From Candidatus Aminicenantes bacterium UBA2190 (GTDB lineage Bacteria; Acidobacteriota; Aminicenantia; UBA2199): a DNA stretch of 64,000 nt. The DNA lies in contig DCVK01000023.1 in NCBI GenBank assembly GCA_002335385.1, positions 1,531 through 65,530 of the forward strand, given 5' to 3'. Of the stretch, positions 36,491-42,925 are shown piece by piece. The first letter of the stretch is position 1. Each line of letters opens with the position of its first letter. The notes beneath the pieces were generated by a model, which made no database searches, had not been told where the DNA came from, and saw nothing but the letters and a program-made list of their open reading frames with translations. The translations under genes were made by a program, and so were the position numbers.

Positions 36491-37474
36491 TCAGTTCGCT
36501 CCGCCGGTGAACTTCCCCGGCCGCAATTTATGGATGATGGCGGCACTGAGCCAATAGATGCCGTTCAGGCGCTCCCTCTGGCTGACGAAAAAGAGGTAGC
36601 GGCCGTCGGGGCTGACGTAGGGCGCGAGGTCGTGGCCGGCAGAATTGACCGTGGGCCCCATGTCCCGCGCCCGGGTCCAGCCGCCCTCCGGCTCGCGGTA
36701 GGATATGTACAGGTCGGCCTTCCTGGTTCCGGGCCCGAGGCGGGCGAAGACCAGGTAGCTCTCGTCGGCGGCTATGAAGGGGGCGAAATCCTTCCCCGGG
36801 CTGTTGACGGCCGGGCCGAGGTCCTCGGGAGCGAGGTATTTGCCGCCGGCGAAGCGCGCCACATAGATGTCCTGTCCACCCCGCGCTCCCTGGATCTCGG
36901 AAGTGAAATACAGGTTGCCGTTCCTGGCGAAGGAGAAAGTCCAGTGGGTCGGGTGGGCGCGGACCACCTCGTCGATCGGCGTGGGCCGGGAAAACCCGCC
37001 CGGGGTCCTCTCCACCCACCAGATACTTTCCCGCGCGGTCCCGCCGGGTTTGTCCGGCGCGAGCGAAAGGAAAAAGAGCTTCTTGCCGTCCACGGAATAG
37101 ATTGGGTCCAGGATGCCCGCCGCCATGCCCAGGTCGGTTTCTTGGGGAGTGCCCCATTTTCCGTCGGCCATGCGGGCGATGAACAGCCGGCTCTCGACGC
37201 CGCGCATCGGGCACCATATCGCTTCTCGCAGATAGGGTGAGAAAACGATGGAACTGTGGTAGCCCTGCTCGCAGGCCAGGATGCCCGGGGCGAACAGGAC
37301 CGGCGTGTCACCGGGAGGCTCCTGGCCCAGGTACGGTCCGGCAAGCGCGGGGAACTTGTCCGCCGGTGCCAGCGGGACCGCCAGCAGGATGAGTGCGCAA
37401 AAAACCCAAACGGCGCACTTCGGCCTTTTCTCTGCGCCGGAAACCGCCGCTGAAACACGGATCGCTATCCTCAT
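36491..37474 (-). CDS. Secreted PD40 beta-propeller protein (family with the GPYLGQxPPG N-terminal motif)
   Basis: Carries LAGPYLGQEPPGDTPVLFAPGIL plus PD40 repeats. AAGGAG lies upstream. Confidence 0.75.
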   Translation of the reverse strand: MRIAIRVSAAVSGAEKRPKCAVWVFCALILLAVPLAPADKFPALAGPYLGQEPPGDTPVLFAPGILACEQGYHSSIVFSPYLREAIWCPMRGVESRLFIARMADGKWGTPQETDLGMAAGILDPIYSVDGKKLFFLSLAPDKPGGTARESIWWVERTPGGFSRPTPIDEVVRAHPTHWTFSFARNGNLYFTSEIQGARGGQDIYVARFAGGKYLAPEDLGPAVNSPGKDFAPFIAADESYLVFARLGPGTRKADLYISYREPEGGWTRARDMGPTVNSAGHDLAPYVSPDGRYLFFVSQRERLNGIYWLSAAIIHKLRPGKFTGGAN

Positions 37475-37480
37475 GCCCGC

Positions 37481-38716
37481 TTACTCCTTTGCCGTCTGCG
37501 GGCGGCATTTCCATGGTGTTCGCCCACACTCCGCGTCACTTCTCCCGCCAGACTCGTGCTCCAAGACGATTTGCTTCAGGTCATTGAACAAGCGAAGCAG
37601 TGAATCCTGCCCGCGCAGGTCGTCGCTGTTGACCTGCAGCGCCAGCGCCGATCCGCAGCGCGGCAGGTACTGCAGGATGGTCAAAAAACCGGGGACGAAT
37701 CCGCTGTGCCCGCAGTAGGCGATGCCGTTGTTCTCCCCGATGAACGTTCCCAGGCCGTATCCCGCCTTCTCGGCGAGGGTGGTTGGGAAGGGGGCGGGTG
37801 TCAGCATGCGTTTTTTTGTTGCCGGCTTGAGGACCGCTCCGCCGAAAAGCTGGCGCGCCCATGAGGTCAGGTCGGATACCGTGGTCACCAGGCCGCCTCC
37901 CGTCCACTCCAGCTGGGGATTGAAGGCGTAGGCGCCGTTACCGCTCACCTTGCGCGGCAGCAGCAGGTCTTCCGTGAGCCGGGAGTAGCCGGCGACCAGG
38001 CCGGTGAGGGCGCGGCGGTCAGCGGGCCGGGTGCGGTCGAGGCGGCAGGGCTTCAAGACCATCTCGTGGAGCACGTCATAGTATGACCGCCCCGTGACCT
38101 TCTCGATGATCAGGCCGAGGATGAGATAATGCGAATCGGCATACGCCCAACCCTTGCCGGCAGGATGGGGCGGCGGATCGCCGGCAATGAAGGAGAGACG
38201 CTCCCCGACGCTCCAGGTCTTGTCCGGGTTGCGCCGCAATTCCTGCCAGATCTCTTTTTTGTAGACGTATTCGGGGACGCCGGCGGTATGGTTCAGCAGC
38301 ATCTCCACGGTGATCTCCCCGGCGTTGGCGATGCGCGGGAACCAGGCCTCATCCTGCAGGTAATCGGCGGCCCGGGCTTGGAGGTCGACCTGGCCCCGCT
38401 CGTGGAGCTTCAGGATGACCGCCGCCGCGTATGTCTTGCCGACGCTGCCGGAGAGCATGACCGCGTCGGGCATCATGGGCGATCCTTCCTCCATATCCGC
38501 CAGCCCCGAGGCCAGGGAGATGTTCGTGCCGTCCGCGCGGCGCAGTGAGAACGTGACGCCGGGCACGGCCAGGCTGGTGGTGAACGCATCCAGTCTGGCT
38601 TGCAAGGTTTTTGTGAGACTCTCCCCGGCGGGAATGCGCATGCCGCTGGTGGCCCGGCCTGTCGATAGCATGAGCATCGTGGCCAGGAATGGAAGACAAA
38701 GGGCCCTTTTTCTCAT
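37481..38716 (-). CDS. Beta-lactamase-fold serine hydrolase (class C/EstB-like), secreted
   Basis: Has the SxxK motif (SGSVGKTY) and a signal peptide. Its start overlaps the upstream gene's stop (ATGA at 38713-38716). Confidence 0.8.
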   Translation of the reverse strand: MRKRALCLPFLATMLMLSTGRATSGMRIPAGESLTKTLQARLDAFTTSLAVPGVTFSLRRADGTNISLASGLADMEEGSPMMPDAVMLSGSVGKTYAAAVILKLHERGQVDLQARAADYLQDEAWFPRIANAGEITVEMLLNHTAGVPEYVYKKEIWQELRRNPDKTWSVGERLSFIAGDPPPHPAGKGWAYADSHYLILGLIIEKVTGRSYYDVLHEMVLKPCRLDRTRPADRRALTGLVAGYSRLTEDLLLPRKVSGNGAYAFNPQLEWTGGGLVTTVSDLTSWARQLFGGAVLKPATKKRMLTPAPFPTTLAEKAGYGLGTFIGENNGIAYCGHSGFVPGFLTILQYLPRCGSALALQVNSDDLRGQDSLLRLFNDLKQIVLEHESGGRSDAECGRTPWKCRPQTAKE

Positions 38717-39744
38717 TTCAATGCCTTGGCCTTGAGTTCTTCGATGATTCCGGCCTCGACCCACCAGATGGCGGGATTGCCGTTGGGAGCGTGGCCGTGC
38801 AATCCCGCGATGTATTCATAGCTGAGCCGATCCGGCATCGCCGCCCGTTCCGGCAGGCGCGCCGACATAAAGAACAGGTACCGGCCGTCGGGCGAGAGGC
38901 AGGCCGAGTGTTCATCGCTGGCCGCCGTGTTGATCGCCGGCCCCAGGTTGACCGGCTCGCTCCAGGAGCCGTCGTCTTCGCGGAAAACCGCATGATAGTC
39001 GCAGCCGCCGAGGCCTCCCGGCAGGCCCCAGGCCGGGATGATGGCCAGTCGGCCGTCGGGGGAGAACCAGGCGTTGTAGCGCGCCGTGCCGATATTGATC
39101 TGCGGCGGCATCTTCTCCGGAGCCTGGTAGCGGCCGTTGACCTGGCGGCTGCGATAAATGGCCTCGCCCTTGCCGTCGGGGCCGGTGAAATACAGGGTGC
39201 CGTCCCGCGTGGTCGTGGGGAAGAACTCGGCACCCGACGTGTTTACCGGTGCGCCCAGGTTGCGTGGTTCACCCCAGCCGTCGCCGGCGCGCTCCATCAC
39301 CCAGATGTCCTCGTCGTGCTCATTGAACTCCTTTCCCGGCGCCGGGAGGTTGGAGGCAAAAAAGAACCTGCGGCCGTCGGGCGAAATGTGAGGCTCGATG
39401 TAGTGGATCCCGGGACGGTCGAGGCCGGGGACAACGCGCGGCGCGCTCCAGCGGTCGTTCTCCAAGCGGCAGCCCACGATGCTGCTCAGCTTGTATTGGC
39501 CGAGGATGACGCAGAAATAGATCTCGCGGCCGTCCGGACTGAAGGCAATGTCGCGGGTGTGCATGCCGGTGGAGACGATCCCCGGGGCGAAGATCTTCGG
39601 GGTCATTCCCGGCGGCTCCTGGCCGAGGCTGCGGATGACCTGGGTGATGAGGGCCTTCTCATCAGCCGTCTGGGCGGGAATGCCAGGAATGAAGGCACTC
39701 AGGAACCACAGGCAGATCAGAAGAACCGGCAGGTTTTTCTTCAT
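38713..39744 (-). CDS. Secreted PD40 beta-propeller protein (same family)
   Basis: Carries LGQEPPGMTPKIFAPGIVSTG and PD40 repeats. There is an ATGA overlap with the upstream gene at 39741-39744. Confidence 0.8.
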   Translation of the reverse strand: MKKNLPVLLICLWFLSAFIPGIPAQTADEKALITQVIRSLGQEPPGMTPKIFAPGIVSTGMHTRDIAFSPDGREIYFCVILGQYKLSSIVGCRLENDRWSAPRVVPGLDRPGIHYIEPHISPDGRRFFFASNLPAPGKEFNEHDEDIWVMERAGDGWGEPRNLGAPVNTSGAEFFPTTTRDGTLYFTGPDGKGEAIYRSRQVNGRYQAPEKMPPQINIGTARYNAWFSPDGRLAIIPAWGLPGGLGGCDYHAVFREDDGSWSEPVNLGPAINTAASDEHSACLSPDGRYLFFMSARLPERAAMPDRLSYEYIAGLHGHAPNGNPAIWWVEAGIIEELKAKALK

Positions 39745-40757
39745 TTTGTCGCCTCAATTTTGGATTTATTCCGTAGGGAGTCGATGATGCGGGTGTCGAC
39801 CCAGTAGATGGAGGTGTTGTCGATGCCGGGCTCGGCGGCCAGCCGGCGCAGCCAGGCGGAGCTGAGCTTTGGCGGCCATTGCTCCCTGGGCGGGACGCGC
39901 GACGACATGAAGAACAGGAATCTGCCGTCAGGGGAGAGGCTCGCCGAGTATTCGTTGTTGCTGGCGCTGTTGATCTTCGGCCCCATGTTCATTGCCTCCG
40001 ACCACGTGTCGTCGGGCGCGCGGAAGGAGATGTAGTAATCGGTGTGGCCCAGCGAATCTTTGCGGCCATAGGTCGGGATGATGATGAAACTCTCGTCGGG
40101 GGCGACGAAGGCGTTGTAGCACGTCTGTCCGGAGTTGACCTGCGGCGGCAGCTTTTCCGGTTCCTGGTACTTCCCGTCCTTCAGGCGCGAACGGAAGATG
40201 CGCTCTACGCCTGACTCCTCGCGGCGGGTGAAGTAAAGCGTGCCGTCGCGGGTGAGCGAGGGGAAAAACTCCGGGGCATCGGAGGACACCGGCAGGCCGA
40301 GGTTGCGCGGTTCGCCCCAGTCGTCGCCCTCGCGCTCCATCACCCAGATGTCCTCGTCGCCCTTCTCCTTGCCCGGGTCGGGGCGGTTGGAAAAAAAGAA
40401 GAAGCGCTTGCCGTTGGCGGAAATGCAGGGCTCGGCGTTTTTCCAGCGCGGGTCTTCCATGTGCTCCATCACCTCCGGCTCGGTCCAGGCGCCGTCCCGC
40501 AGCCGCGTGACCATGATGGTGGAAAACGTGAAGCCGGCGGCATTCACGCAGAAATAGATCTCCCTGCCGTCGGGGGTGATGGCGATGTCGCGGGTGTTGA
40601 TCCCCGTGGAGACGATCCCCGGGGCGAAGACCTGCGGTTCCAGCCCCGGAGGCGTCTGCCCCAGGTAGGGACCATTCAGCCTGGGTATTTCCCCTTCAAC
40701 CGCGCTGCCAAGCGCCGATAAAACGAGAAAAACGGCGAAAACAACAGTTCTTTTCAT
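39741..40757 (-). CDS. Secreted PD40 beta-propeller protein (same family; first gene of the array)
   Basis: Carries NGPYLGQTPPGLEPQVFAPGIVSTG and PD40 repeats. It shares a near-identical nucleotide stretch with the next gene (cgctccatcacccagatgtcctcgtcg). Confidence 0.8.
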   Translation of the reverse strand: MKRTVVFAVFLVLSALGSAVEGEIPRLNGPYLGQTPPGLEPQVFAPGIVSTGINTRDIAITPDGREIYFCVNAAGFTFSTIMVTRLRDGAWTEPEVMEHMEDPRWKNAEPCISANGKRFFFFSNRPDPGKEKGDEDIWVMEREGDDWGEPRNLGLPVSSDAPEFFPSLTRDGTLYFTRREESGVERIFRSRLKDGKYQEPEKLPPQVNSGQTCYNAFVAPDESFIIIPTYGRKDSLGHTDYYISFRAPDDTWSEAMNMGPKINSASNNEYSASLSPDGRFLFFMSSRVPPREQWPPKLSSAWLRRLAAEPGIDNTSIYWVDTRIIDSLRNKSKIEATK

Positions 40758-40814
40758 GATATCTCCCTGATCATTCTACGTTCGCGGTTAAGAAAAAGTC
40801 CAGGCCGCTGCCGC

Positions 40815-40871
40815 TCAACCCCAACAGAGCAGCAAAATAGTCAGCAGGATCAAAAACGCGATTTTTTTCAT
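40815..40871 (-). CDS. Candidate 18-codon hydrophobic leader-like ORF (MKKIAFLILLTILLLCWG)
   Basis: GGGAGGGG lies upstream of the ATG. The ORF ends 57 nt before the first PD40 gene and looks like a bare signal peptide. Very speculative. Confidence 0.2.
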   Translation of the reverse strand: MKKIAFLILLTILLLCWG

Positions 40872-41101
40872 TTTCCCCTCCCTTCTTTCCGGTGGAATCG
40901 CGGCAGGCTGCCGCCGCTGCCCGTCACGGCAAGGATCCGGGCCATGCGTCCACGTCCGGTCTATATGTATGCTCGGGAACCAACGAATTGAATCAGGAAA
41001 AGAGCCAAACGAAGCCTTGGGGGGTGATCGCCGCAGCGGCTGCCGTTCCATCGGCCTTTCCCGGCCGCAGCCTGTGGATGATATCGTTCTTTGGACATGG
41101 G

Positions 41102-41821
41102 CTACCGTTCAGCCGCGGCCAGGAAATTGTCCAGCAGGCGTTCCGCCAGTTCGGCCATCTGCACTTCGTGCTCATGGTAACTGCGTACGACTCGGACCCT
41201 GCTTTTAATGCCTTCCTGCATTTCGCCGCTCATGGATCTGGCCAGGCGCCGGGCTTCTTCAGGGGTGATCTCAAGGTGAAATTGCAGCCCCACGGCGCTC
41301 CCCATGCGAAAGCCCTGGTTGGGGCAATCCCAGCCCGTGGCCAGCCGCAGCCCCCAGGGAGGGATGTCGAACGCTTCCGCATGCCACTGAAAGGCGGGGA
41401 AATTCTTGGGGAATCCCTGGAACAGCGGATCGCTGTGCCCGGCCGCGGTCAGGCGCACCGGGCAGGCGCCGATCTCGACGACCGGGTTCCTTTTCACCTC
41501 GGCCCCCAGCAGCCGGGCCAGCAGCCGGGCGCCGAAACAGATGCCCAAGACGGGTTTGCCCTGGTCGAGGGCCTTTTTCAGGTAGCGCGCCTCTTCCATG
41601 AGGAAATCATGATAGCGGACCTCGTTGGCCGAAACAGGGGTGCCGCCGATGATGATGGCGTCGCAGCTCTCCAGTGGCGGAATGTCCTCGCCGGCATGGA
41701 CCTGGATGGTGGCATGGGCGATTCCGAGTTGACGGAGCCTGCAGCCATAGAGCCCGATCCCTTCCTCGGGGCAGTTCTGCAGGACAATGACCCGGCCCGA
41801 ACTGCCCGGACCGGATTTCAC
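41102..41821 (-). CDS. Class I glutamine amidotransferase (GATase1) domain protein
   Basis: Has the nucleophile elbow PVLGICFGARLL and a His/Glu region (FQWHAEAF). The GTG start at 41821 overlaps the upstream stop (GTGA). The longer track ORF extends into low-complexity junk. Confidence 0.75.
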   Translation of the reverse strand: MKSGPGSSGRVIVLQNCPEEGIGLYGCRLRQLGIAHATIQVHAGEDIPPLESCDAIIIGGTPVSANEVRYHDFLMEEARYLKKALDQGKPVLGICFGARLLARLLGAEVKRNPVVEIGACPVRLTAAGHSDPLFQGFPKNFPAFQWHAEAFDIPPWGLRLATGWDCPNQGFRMGSAVGLQFHLEITPEEARRLARSMSGEMQEGIKSRVRVVRSYHEHEVQMAELAERLLDNFLAAAER

Positions 41822-42237
41822 TTCTCCGCCGCAGGCTGTGCCCCGCCCAGGCGGCGAATCAACTTCATCTGACGGCCGTTGATGCAGTGCTTGCGCATTT
41901 TCTCGAACAGGGCCGTGTTCTTGAGTCCGAGAATGGCGGCGGCATTGCGCTGGTGGCCCTGGGTCAGGGTCAGGCAGGTGCGCAAGATGCGCCTTTCGAA
42001 ATCGTCCATGAATTCCTTCAGGGGGGTGCGCTTGACATTCAGGTTGGCGACCAGGTAGGCGGATATGAGCGACTCCATGATGTCTTCCATGGACCTTTCG
42101 TTCTGGGCGTCGGTCCATGAAGGCCTCCGCATTTCCAGCTCTTCCAGCCCCCAGGGCTGGGCGCCGGCCGGAGCCGGTCTTGTCCAGAGGGCGGCGGCCA
42201 TGGTGTCGGCTTCACTGACGGTCATTCTTTCGTTCAT
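41818..42237 (-). CDS. Small stand-alone Fis-type (HTH_8) DNA-binding protein
   Basis: The C-terminus reads FERRILRTCLTLTQGHQRNAAAILGLKNTALFEKMRKH. There is no receiver or AAA+ domain. The ATG at 42237 lies 6 nt after GAGGAG. Confidence 0.65.
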   Translation of the reverse strand: MNERMTVSEADTMAAALWTRPAPAGAQPWGLEELEMRRPSWTDAQNERSMEDIMESLISAYLVANLNVKRTPLKEFMDDFERRILRTCLTLTQGHQRNAAAILGLKNTALFEKMRKHCINGRQMKLIRRLGGAQPAAEK

Positions 42238-42354
42238 TTGCATCTCCTCTTTGTTCACACCCATAATACGCATGAAATACACCTGAAATAACTATGCTTA
42301 AGTATGATTTCTCAATATAAACCCAAAGGTTTAGAGGATTCAGGAAGAAAAAAA

Positions 42355-42918
42355 GTGTCAGTGACAGTGTCAGTGTCAGCAGGAGGCCTGAAGAGCCAAA
42401 GTGGTAGTGATAGTGATAGTGGTAGTCGGAGAAAAGAGCAAAATTCTGGGTCAGAGACAATTATTGAAATCGGTTGACGGTAGACGGTTTACGGTTTACG
42501 GGAAGAGAAGAGGCAATACGAAGACTAAAATTCCAAATCACAAATTCCAAATAACAAACAAATTCCAAGCTCCAAATTCCAATTTCCAAAACAAAATCAC
42601 CTTTGAAATTGCATGCCCTTTCTTCGTTTGGGTCAAAGTCCCCGCCAGGGGATTTGGTGATTGGAATTTGGAATTTATTTGGAATTTGGTGCTTGTGATT
42701 TGGAATTTAAGTCCTATGAATACCTATCTTTCACCTTACGCCTTACACCCTGAACCTTATGCCGATTCCCTTTCTTCCTTGTTACGTGTCACAACCGTCT
42801 TGCCTTTCTTCTCCGTCGAACGTGGAACGTGGAACATGGAACGTGGAACTTAGAATCCCCCAAGGGGGCACGAAGCGGAACTTTGAACATCGAACTTCGA
42901 ACTTCGAACGTCGAACTT
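42355..42918. repeat. AT-rich composite intergenic repeat element, copy 2 (phased hexamer/heptamer arrays flanking a 192-bp imperfect palindrome at 42523-42714, inverted relative to copy 1)
   Basis: - GTGTCA x4 at 42355-42378.
- GTGGTA/GTGATA x4 at 42401-42424.
- CGGTTTA-type x4 at 42471-42501.
- CGTGGAA-type x5 at 42814-42848.
- CGAACTT-type x5 at 42884-42918.
- The flanks are co-linear with copy 1, while the core matches copy 1 only as its reverse complement. Confidence 0.9.
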
Positions 42919-42925
42919 TTTTTGT

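Noticed and set aside
42355-42918. Tandem repeat arrays considered as a CRISPR array
   Set aside because: The units are only 6-7 nt, are contiguous without spacers, and no cas genes are present.
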